Assembly (NCBI GenBank): GCA_045568075.1
Contig: JBJLBP010000001.1
Location: forward strand, 1,470,001 to 1,502,000
DNA: 32,000 bases
Direction: 5' to 3'
From: Candidatus Thalassarchaeaceae archaeon
Lineage (GTDB): Archaea; Thermoplasmatota; Poseidoniia; Poseidoniales; Thalassarchaeaceae
Shown: in pieces, positions 1 to 7,528 of the stretch
How positions within the stretch are numbered: position 1 is the stretch's first letter
Layout of the letters: each line of letters begins with the position of its first letter
Translations under genes and position numbers: made by a program
Notes under the pieces: generated by a model
Database searches by the model: none
Seen by the model: the letters and a program-made list of their open reading frames with translations, nothing else
What the model was told of the DNA's origin: nothing

Positions 1-1941
1 GACGACGATGGACTCTCAGATTACGACGAAGTGATGACTCACGGCACCGACCCTCTGATGTCTGACTCGGACACCGATGGCTTGACCGACGAACAGGAAC
101 TCAACACCTATGGCACCGACGCGCTAGATTCTGACAGCGATGACGATGGCTTGTCCGACGGCGTCGAGGTGAATTATTGGGGTACTGATCCACTCGATTA
201 CGATGCCGACGCCGACAATGATTTGTTCTATCATTTCCAAGATTGTAACGACAATAATCCAAATGTAAATCCTGGGACTTACGAGAGATTGAATGGAATT
301 GACGACGATTGTGATGAGGTCACAGACGAGGGCTTCAACTTCACCGATCGTGACTCCGATGGACTGAAGGATTGGCCGGAGTACCACGTTCATGGGACTG
401 ATTTTGAAGATGATGACACTGATGATGACGGCTTGACCGACGGTGTCGAGGTGAATACTCACGGCTCGGACCCATTGACTTACGATCCCGATGCCGACTC
501 CGATGGATTCCACTGGTTCCTTGATTGCGACGACGAGGATGAGTATCGGAATCCAGCTCTTCCAGAATTATTAGACGACAAGGACAACGATTGCGATTTA
601 ATTGTGGATGATGGATTCTGGGATATTGATAGCGACTCAGATGGACTTGACGATTACGACGAATTCCACAATGTGACCTCTGACCCCTACGACGGCGACA
701 CCGATGACGATGGTCTGCCTGATGGGCTCGAGGTCAATACCTACCAGTCAAATCCACTCTGGGCCGACCCCGACGATGACGGTGACGGCTGGTATTGGTT
801 CCAGGATTGTCAGGATGATGACTCAGAGCGCGCACCGTTCTTGCCTGAGATGCTCGACTCAAAGGACAATGATTGCGATGACGAAATCGATGAGGACTTC
901 CACGCGCGCGATAGTGACAATGATGGTCTCGGCGATTATGATGAGTACCACAACCTCTCAACCGACCCGGAAGACGCCGATTCAGACGATGACGGGATGA
1001 CTGACGGAAAGGAGATCCTCGAAACAAAGTCGAACCCTCTTGTCTTCGATCACGACCGTGATGAAGACGGATTCTATGCCTTCGAGGATTGTGAAGACCT
1101 CATCGAGAGCATCAACCCTGATGCGTCGGAGACATGGAATGGCTGGGATGATGACTGTAATGATGTGATAGATGATTCATTGATTCGCAGTGAAATTATT
1201 CTGACATCTCCTGAGACCTCTGAAACAATCTCCTGGGATTCGGTAAATGATACACTGCGTATCGATATTCATGGAATCCCCATTGAAGTCAGTAAGACTG
1301 TTGTCTGGGAGATTGAAGGAGTCACGCTGGCTGGAAATATGAGTGATGATGGTCAGACATTGATTCTCGAGGCAATCGATTGTGAATCGAAAGATTGGGA
1401 TCTTGCCGTGATTCTATGTAAGAATGGAGATGCATTGCGATACCTGAACGTGTCAATCACCGATTCGGGCTTCGTCACTCAGATGCAGTGGATTGTTGAT
1501 GTTGAGGTGTATATTCCACCACCGACTATCCTTGAGTCATTGTTTGCCTTCTTTGGCTCAACAGTTGGTATCGTCGTCATGCTTCTGATACTGCTGTCTG
1601 TAGTCGGCGGCGTCTCATTCGCTGGCATGAAGATGCGCGAGAACAAGATGGTCGCTGATGCCTATGCAGAATTCCGAGTCAATCAGCGCCCACCCGGTGC
1701 TGCACCCGAGCACAGAGGGGCAGAGTTGCCTTCTGCACCTGACCTCAGCGCTCTGCTGAGTCAGCACAGTCAGAATGCTCCTGCCGCGGTTGAGGAGATC
1801 CCAATGCTCGGTGCAACGGCTGTCGCCGCTGCGCCGGTTGTCGAGTCAAACCTACCTCCAATGCTTGGTGCAAGCGCAGTGGCTGAGCAGTCCATCGAAG
1901 AAACCGAGGATGAAACTGAATCCTTTGATAGTGAAGAGTGA
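1..1941 (+). CDS. Large acidic cell-surface protein, 5'-partial: thrombospondin type-3-like Ca-binding loops plus Cys-pair (MopE-like 'DC...NDCD') motifs, unique domain, C-terminal TM anchor, Pro/Ala-rich cytoplasmic tail
   Basis: Frame 1 is open from nt 1 (DDDGLSDYDEV precedes the listed Met at 31), so the gene starts upstream of the window. Repeated DxDxDGLxDxxE loops. Hydrophobic IVVMLLILLSVVGGVSFAG (about 1570-1626) is followed by KMRENK. Stop at 1939-1941. Confidence 0.8.
   Translation, partial: DDDGLSDYDEVMTHGTDPLMSDSDTDGLTDEQELNTYGTDALDSDSDDDGLSDGVEVNYWGTDPLDYDADADNDLFYHFQDCNDNNPNVNPGTYERLNGIDDDCDEVTDEGFNFTDRDSDGLKDWPEYHVHGTDFEDDDTDDDGLTDGVEVNTHGSDPLTYDPDADSDGFHWFLDCDDEDEYRNPALPELLDDKDNDCDLIVDDGFWDIDSDSDGLDDYDEFHNVTSDPYDGDTDDDGLPDGLEVNTYQSNPLWADPDDDGDGWYWFQDCQDDDSERAPFLPEMLDSKDNDCDDEIDEDFHARDSDNDGLGDYDEYHNLSTDPEDADSDDDGMTDGKEILETKSNPLVFDHDRDEDGFYAFEDCEDLIESINPDASETWNGWDDDCNDVIDDSLIRSEIILTSPETSETISWDSVNDTLRIDIHGIPIEVSKTVVWEIEGVTLAGNMSDDGQTLILEAIDCESKDWDLAVILCKNGDALRYLNVSITDSGFVTQMQWIVDVEVYIPPPTILESLFAFFGSTVGIVVMLLILLSVVGGVSFAGMKMRENKMVADAYAEFRVNQRPPGAAPEHRGAELPSAPDLSALLSQHSQNAPAAVEEIPMLGATAVAAAPVVESNLPPMLGASAVAEQSIEETEDETESFDSEE
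64..1191 (+). repeat. Four tandem, indel-free 282-nt (94-aa) coding repeats inside the surface-protein gene
   Basis: Units start at 64, 346, 628 and 910 (DSDTDGL / DRDSDGL / DSDSDGL / DSDNDGL). Each unit carries Cys at unit positions 61 and 83 and the same order of Ca-binding loops. Diverged at DNA level but in perfect register. Confidence 0.85.
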
Positions 1942-1985
1942 ATTTTCTAGAATCGTGTGACTGAGTCTGTAATTCAGGTTCAGGT

Positions 1986-3284
1986 CTAATCGGCCTCTTC
2001 TTCGCCTGCTGCACGCATATCTTCTCCCCATTCTGCATCTGGCGAACCGCCTTCCCATACACCATCGACCGAGATATCTTCGATTTCATCGTCATCGCGC
2101 CACGGTGGCTCCCCATCCGCTCCACTCAGCACTAGCACACCCTCGTCATCTAGGCGACGCTTCACGGTCTTCACACCCTTCTTTATCGGTAACAAATGAC
2201 CAATCGGTGTCCCCGTTGTTACGAAAGGATGGGTTGCGGTACAAATGAGTAGTCCATCGGTCGGTGAGCGTATTTCCATAGAGATACCTGGATGTTCGGG
2301 GTCGGAGACTGTAGCAACAAGCTCGTCCTCTTCGACCCAGGATCCTGCTGGAGTCAGCACGTCGAGCAGTCCTCCATAATCGGAGCGAATCCACGCCGAT
2401 CCAGATGCAAGAAGACGGAATCGAGGCCTGCTCGGATACCCTGGAATCACCTTGAGACTTCGTAGGACATTCAATACCCCGTACATCGCAATCTGGATTG
2501 ATTCGGGGTCGGCTTCATCGGCTCCACCACCTTCGTATGTGATACAACTGATTCCCGCATTATCTGCGCTCCTGCGCAACGAGCCCTTCGGACCCTCGCT
2601 GTCAAGAATGACTTCGATCCCGAAAGATCGAGCGATTCGATTGCTCGAACGATTTGCGAGATTTGCACGGATTTGCGGCATATTAGTGCGGCCGAGCGCT
2701 GCTGTGTGCAAATCGATGATGTGATCGCTGGTCGAGAATATCTCATTCCAGAGTCTATTCGCGACGCGTGAGGTCGTGTTGGAATCCTCCTTCCCAGGGA
2801 AGAAGCGATTCAGATCACGACCGTCGGTCATGTAGCGATTTCTTCGACGGTAGCCGGGCATATTGACGATTGGAATGATGCGAATTGTACCGGCTACCAC
2901 CGCTGGGTCAATCGCCTTATCTTCACCAATGATACTTACTGATTGTAAGTAGGTTAAGGCGAGTGGCCCAACCAATTCGTTGCCATGAAGTGCCCCGGAG
3001 ATAGTCACTACCGGCCCAGGGCGAGCACCATGAATCACCGTAATCGGAATTGGCCAAGATTCACCGATTTCGACATCCATGAGGTCATAATCGAGTTGTC
3101 TAATCGTCCCAGGTTTCACTAATTTACGGCCGATTCGGTGAGATTTCCAATCGCTCGAGCGCGACCACGACTTCGGGGTCTTGCTCGGCTCTTCGAGGGC
3201 CTTCTCAATCTCTTTTCGGCGTCGTGTTGGAATCTGATTTGACACTTTTACAGGTTGATGGCGACGCCTCTTAGCCCTCGGCAT
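1986..3284 (-). CDS. Succinylglutamate desuccinylase/aspartoacylase (AstE/AspA, M14-like Zn hydrolase) family protein with basic N-terminal and acidic C-terminal extensions
   Basis: Family hallmarks: VIHGARPGPVVTISGALHGNELVG (HxxE Zn site) and IIDLHTA. The ORF is open to 3554. I prefer Met at 3284 (MPRAKRRRH) because GGTGGTGA lies 7 nt upstream, whereas starts at 3446 or 3554 abut or overlap the divergent gene at 3452. Confidence 0.7.
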   Translation of the reverse strand: MPRAKRRRHQPVKVSNQIPTRRRKEIEKALEEPSKTPKSWSRSSDWKSHRIGRKLVKPGTIRQLDYDLMDVEIGESWPIPITVIHGARPGPVVTISGALHGNELVGPLALTYLQSVSIIGEDKAIDPAVVAGTIRIIPIVNMPGYRRRNRYMTDGRDLNRFFPGKEDSNTTSRVANRLWNEIFSTSDHIIDLHTAALGRTNMPQIRANLANRSSNRIARSFGIEVILDSEGPKGSLRRSADNAGISCITYEGGGADEADPESIQIAMYGVLNVLRSLKVIPGYPSRPRFRLLASGSAWIRSDYGGLLDVLTPAGSWVEEDELVATVSDPEHPGISMEIRSPTDGLLICTATHPFVTTGTPIGHLLPIKKGVKTVKRRLDDEGVLVLSGADGEPPWRDDDEIEDISVDGVWEGGSPDAEWGEDMRAAGEEEAD

Positions 3285-3451
3285 GCGAACGTCACCACCA
3301 GACTCGGCGGAGGGCTCAGGAGTCTTCTCGGAATCCACCAATGCTCGGCTGTGGTGCCGGCGCAATAAGAGGATTAGGCAGGAGATGGCTGAGTTCAGGA
3401 GATAGGTTGGCTGGGAAATCGTTGTAGAATCCCCCGCCCCTGGCATGGTCA

Positions 3452-3928
3452 ATGAGCATACCCGACGGGCCCTCAATTCAGGAAACTCACGCCCCCAACT
3501 CGATCTGCTTCGGCTGCGGACCGGCCAACTCTGATGGATTGCAGATTCGTTCATTCCGAAGCGAAAATGGGTTCGTGATGCGCTTTGAGCCCTCGTCTGA
3601 GCATCAAGCGTTCCCAGGGATGGTAAACGGTGGAATCATCGGCGCTTTGATGGATTGTCACGGAAATTGGGCGGCGGCTATCTCCCTGATGGATCAGGCT
3701 GGAGATGCGGAGCCGCCGTGCACAGTTACGGCGAATTACAACATCAAATTACGGAGACCGACGCCTTCTGGATGCGAACTTTTGGTTACTGCAGAGATCA
3801 TCGAACTTGGTGAAGATAGGGCGAAGGTGAGAATGGCACTGGAGGCGAATGGCAAAGTTTGTGCGAGCGGTGAAGGGTTGTTCGTTGCGGTCAAGGAAGG
3901 ACATCCTGCATATCATCGATGGAACTGA
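3452..3928 (+). CDS. PaaI/hotdog-fold thioesterase
   Basis: N-terminal ICFGCGPANSDGLQIRF-type motif and GMVNGGIIGALMDCHGNWAA core, typical of PaaI-family thioesterases. 158 aa. Confidence 0.65.
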   Translation: MSIPDGPSIQETHAPNSICFGCGPANSDGLQIRSFRSENGFVMRFEPSSEHQAFPGMVNGGIIGALMDCHGNWAAAISLMDQAGDAEPPCTVTANYNIKLRRPTPSGCELLVTAEIIELGEDRAKVRMALEANGKVCASGEGLFVAVKEGHPAYHRWN

Positions 3929-3959
3929 GAATTACTTGCCGTTCAATGACCTGAGAAGG

Positions 3960-3975
3960 TTGTTCACTTTCAGTT
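3960..3975 (+). promoter_or_regulatory. 16-nt element TTGTTCACTTTCAGTT directly upstream of the listed hel308 ATG (identical copy at 11610-11625)
   Basis: Exact 16/16 identity between two non-coding leaders, read directly from the sequence. Confidence 0.5.
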
Positions 3976-6591
3976 ATGAACTGGATTTCTTGTCTTACCT
4001 CTCGGCATCCTTTAGAACGGCGGATTCAGAGTTTGTTCGTGGCCGCTGGTGAAGACCTTCCTGAGGTGTGTCTTGCGGACCTGCCGGTTGACTCGCGAAT
4101 CGTCGATTACCTTCGCTCCGAATGGGGTGTTGAGGAGTTGTTTCCACCACAACGAGAGGCGCTTCCGTATGCGCTCGCGGGTCAGAATGTCATGCTGACT
4201 ATACCAACCGCGAGCGGAAAATCACTCGTTGCGCATCTGACAATGATTCATCGCTTGCTCACCGATATGCAGGATGCGCGAGGGCTCTATATCGTCCCTC
4301 TGAAGGCACTCGCGTCAGAGAAGGTCGAGGAATTACGTGAGCTGGCTGGACTCGTCGGCCTTCGAGTCGGAATCGCCGTCGGCGACCGAAGCGGAGAAAC
4401 CAGTGGACTCGAAGAATCCGACATTCTAGTTTGCACAAGCGAGAAACTCGACTCAATGCTTCGAACTCGAGACGGGTTGATTGAGAAGATTGGTGTAGTC
4501 GTCTCAGACGAATTCCATCTGCTGCACGACATTTCGCGTGGCCCGACACTCGAAGTGTTGCTCTCAAGGATTCGTCATGCTCAGCCTGAAGCTCAGATTA
4601 TCGCACTCTCTGCAACCGTCGGAAATGCCGAAGAAATGGCGGATTGGCTTGACGCTAGGCTGATCCAATCCGACTGGAGGCCCATCCAATTACATTCTGG
4701 TACACTCACTGGATTGGATGTCAAAATCCATCGAATCGACGGGCCAGAACATACAGAATGGCCTGAGCCAAGGACAATCGAAGGTCGTACAACGAAGAGA
4801 TTGCAATCAGTCCTCGACGATTCAGTTGCTAGTGGTGGTCAGATGCTAGTTTTCGTCAACTCTCGCGCATCGGCACAAAAAGAAGCGAGAGAGTTGTCCA
4901 AACACGTCCGCAAACAATTGACGACGGATTCGATGCGATACAGTGCAGAACTCGCCGAAGAATGGGATAATCTCGCTGAGAAGATGACTCGGCGGGAGGA
5001 CGCCTCCGTGATGGGTAGAGCCCTCGCTAAGGCCATCCGTGGAGGTGTCGCATTCCACCACGCCGGGCTGACTCATACCCAGCGAAAGAACGTCGAGGAA
5101 GCCTTTCGAGAAGGAATTCTGCTCGGAATTGTTGCCACGCCTACACTAGCTCAGGGAGTCAACTTACCTGCACGTCGGGTAATCATTCGCGACCACCGCC
5201 GCTGGAGCTCAGCTGGTGGAGGGTCGATGCCTCTGCCGGTAATGGAAATCAGGCAGATGCTCGGTAGAGCCGGCCGGCCAAAGTACGACGATGCTGGCGA
5301 TGCTTGGATTCTTGCCAAAGATGAGAGCGATGAACTCAACATCGTCGAGATGTACATGCTAAGTGAGCCTGAAGAAGTCACTTCGAAACTCGCCAACCCC
5401 TCGGCGATGAGAGCAGAGGAAGACCCAGCCTTGCTCACTCACTTGCTTTCTATAATGGCAACTGGAGGAATCCGAGATAGGGATGCTGTGACTCGATTCT
5501 TCGCCGAAACTTTCCTCGCCACACATATGGAAGAACAGATACTTGATTCTCGACTCGACGATGTAATCGGTTGGCTTACCAATAATGGAATGATTACCAG
5601 AGATGGTGAATCAGCGGAGGTTCTCTCGCGAATCAAGCAACGCGAAGAGGCCCCGGAGGAACCAGAGGAATGGCAGGATGAGATGCCGGAATGGGCAAGG
5701 ACGACCACGAGCGTTCCGGGCCTTGAAATTTCCAAGTCTGAGTCGCCAACACCCAGTGGTCTGACTGTAAGAAAGGGACCGGCAATATTCGGCTTCGCAA
5801 AGGCAAGTCAGCGGGTCACTGCCGAGCCGATTCTACCTGATCCCGCTTCGATGACATATTCTGCTACGGCTCTCGGCCAGAGAGTCGCTCGACTCTATCT
5901 GAATCCAATCTCTGGTAGGATGATCCACGATGGACTACAAGGTGCGATGCGAGTGATGAACGGAACTGATGATGTCCATCAGGTATCTCCACTCAGCCTG
6001 ATTCATCTCGTAGCTTGTACTCCTGATTTCCTCGCCCTATGGCCGAGGAAGGACGATATCGAGAGAATTCATGCTGCCATACACTCACATCAACGCGAAT
6101 TCCTCTCGGAACCCATCGATTCAGATAGTGAGAGGAGGATGAAAGGAGTATTAGTTCTCGAAGATTGGATCAACGAATCGAGAATGGAAGATCTGGAGAA
6201 GAATTGGAGCGTCCAACCTGGAGATGTTCGCAGCCGAGTCGACCTCGCCGAGTGGTTACTCTTCGCAATGAGAGAAATCCTCGTTGAGGACGATGAACTA
6301 CGACGCATGGATCCGATTCAACACAAGGCTCTGATTGAATTTGTAGGAGAGATTCACAGAAGAGTTCGCCACGGCTGTCGAGCTGACCTTCTAGGCCTAG
6401 TTTCCATCCGCGGAGTCGGGCGAACAAGGGCTCGGGAGATGGTAAATTTGCTTGGTGTGGAGAACGCAGCCGATGTCGCCGTATTGACTGAGAAAGACCG
6501 TGATAGACTCGCCGACTTGCGAGGGTGGAGCCCTCGGCTTGTCGATAACGTGGTCGAAGCCGCAGCACGCTCGGCTCGTCGACGTCGCTGA
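3976..6591 (+). CDS. hel308: Hel308/Hjm (Ski2-like) superfamily-2 DNA helicase
   Basis: Motifs seen: Q-motif FPPQREAL, Walker A PTASGKS, DEFH box, SAT, ATPTLAQGVNLPARRVI, QMLGRAGRP, and a C-terminal HhH-like VSIRGVGRTRAREM. Start is uncertain: in-frame TTG 4033, GTG 4039 and GTG 4066 are alternatives. At 871 aa it is longer than typical because of an acidic/Pro-rich insert. Confidence 0.9.
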   Translation: MNWISCLTSRHPLERRIQSLFVAAGEDLPEVCLADLPVDSRIVDYLRSEWGVEELFPPQREALPYALAGQNVMLTIPTASGKSLVAHLTMIHRLLTDMQDARGLYIVPLKALASEKVEELRELAGLVGLRVGIAVGDRSGETSGLEESDILVCTSEKLDSMLRTRDGLIEKIGVVVSDEFHLLHDISRGPTLEVLLSRIRHAQPEAQIIALSATVGNAEEMADWLDARLIQSDWRPIQLHSGTLTGLDVKIHRIDGPEHTEWPEPRTIEGRTTKRLQSVLDDSVASGGQMLVFVNSRASAQKEARELSKHVRKQLTTDSMRYSAELAEEWDNLAEKMTRREDASVMGRALAKAIRGGVAFHHAGLTHTQRKNVEEAFREGILLGIVATPTLAQGVNLPARRVIIRDHRRWSSAGGGSMPLPVMEIRQMLGRAGRPKYDDAGDAWILAKDESDELNIVEMYMLSEPEEVTSKLANPSAMRAEEDPALLTHLLSIMATGGIRDRDAVTRFFAETFLATHMEEQILDSRLDDVIGWLTNNGMITRDGESAEVLSRIKQREEAPEEPEEWQDEMPEWARTTTSVPGLEISKSESPTPSGLTVRKGPAIFGFAKASQRVTAEPILPDPASMTYSATALGQRVARLYLNPISGRMIHDGLQGAMRVMNGTDDVHQVSPLSLIHLVACTPDFLALWPRKDDIERIHAAIHSHQREFLSEPIDSDSERRMKGVLVLEDWINESRMEDLEKNWSVQPGDVRSRVDLAEWLLFAMREILVEDDELRRMDPIQHKALIEFVGEIHRRVRHGCRADLLGLVSIRGVGRTRAREMVNLLGVENAADVAVLTEKDRDRLADLRGWSPRLVDNVVEAAARSARRRR

Positions 6592-6627
6592 CCTGTAGTC
6601 TTCATCAGTCAGAAGTCATCGCCGACC

Positions 6628-7218
6628 ATGGCGGATGAACACAGGGTTCCTTGGTTCCCAGCCTGGGGAATCCAATTCAATGAGCCTCTTGATGACCCGA
6701 GAACTATCGTCGGCGTCTTCAACGAGTGGCGCCCGAGCGAACGCTGGCTACTGATGGCATTCGATGCTGCAGCCAGCGAAATCCACCTATGGACAGCCTG
6801 GCACTCGCTCAGGCGAAGAGAGCTTCGAAAAGAAATGGTCGGGAATAACGTAGACACAGAATTCCTACGACTAATCTCCGGAACCCACCAGATCAAGACT
6901 GCCTTCGAGAGGGCAGGCCTACGCTCAGGAGATCAATCGGCATGGATTGTTCATCTTCCAGATTTCGGTGGATTGGACCCATACGATTCAGGGGCAAATG
7001 AAGTTGTAGAAATTCCTAGAGAATCTTTCAACGATGCAACACTTGAGGCTCAGAGATTGATGCTCCACCTCAAGTCAGAGCTAATTCCGAGACGACCACT
7101 CCCTACTCAAGACGGCCTCGACCGACTTGGTTATACAACATCCGAGGAAGGCTCGGACCCATCAAATCTTGAATCCTACTTCCTAGTTCACGCAGCCATG
7201 GCAGACCTCCAGAATTGA
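6628..7218 (+). CDS. cgi121: Cgi121-like KEOPS complex subunit (tentative)
   Basis: EFLRLISGTHQIKTAFERAGLRSGD resembles the archaeal Cgi121 core (..ILVRASGQRQIHEAIKIIGAKDG.. in the M. jannaschii protein as I recall it). An upstream AFDAAASEIHLWTAWHSL segment and a C-terminal helix are also similar. Called from memory, not from a search. Confidence 0.45.
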   Translation: MADEHRVPWFPAWGIQFNEPLDDPRTIVGVFNEWRPSERWLLMAFDAAASEIHLWTAWHSLRRRELRKEMVGNNVDTEFLRLISGTHQIKTAFERAGLRSGDQSAWIVHLPDFGGLDPYDSGANEVVEIPRESFNDATLEAQRLMLHLKSELIPRRPLPTQDGLDRLGYTTSEEGSDPSNLESYFLVHAAMADLQN

Positions 7219-7233
7219 CCCCTATGGGGTCAA
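7215..7233 (+). other. Perfect 8-bp stem / 3-nt loop hairpin (TTGACCCC-TAT-GGGGTCAA) embedding the cgi121-like stop codon
   Basis: Direct reading: TGA at 7216-7218 lies inside the 5' arm. Possible 3'-end or terminator structure. Confidence 0.4.
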
Positions 7234-7270
7234 ACTGATAGGCAAGAGTCCCCACCGGCTGCGCGATAAC

Positions 7271-7519
7271 ATGTCAAGATTCCACGGATTCAGGACCTGC
7301 ACAGTCTGCAGTGTAGGATGCACGCCAAACAACTTTGTCGATCACAAAGGGAAGCGCTACTGCACAGCCTGCTGGATTGAACAAGAGAATCCTAAGCACG
7401 AAGCCATTGAACAAATCCGTGAGAAAACCCATGCAGATGCAGCCAAGTGGAAGCGGCAGAAGTACAGCCGCCAAGAAGGCCCTCTCCCTGTTGGCCCACA
7501 GCCATCTCGAAAAGAGTGA
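7271..7519 (+). CDS. Small zinc-ribbon protein with Lys/Glu-rich tail (hypothetical)
   Basis: CTVC...(17 aa)...CTAC four-Cys arrangement. 82 aa. Lies 9 nt upstream of the peptidase gene. Confidence 0.5.
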   Translation: MSRFHGFRTCTVCSVGCTPNNFVDHKGKRYCTACWIEQENPKHEAIEQIREKTHADAAKWKRQKYSRQEGPLPVGPQPSRKE

Positions 7520-7528
7520 GAGAGAAAC

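Noticed and set aside
124-1027. Antisense and alternative-frame ORFs (124-513 minus, 704-1000 plus, 734-1027 minus) inside the surface-protein gene
   Set aside because: They are artefacts of the GAY-rich low-complexity repeat. Their translations are Ile/Val- or Arg/His-rich nonsense, and they lie fully within a strongly supported frame-1 CDS.
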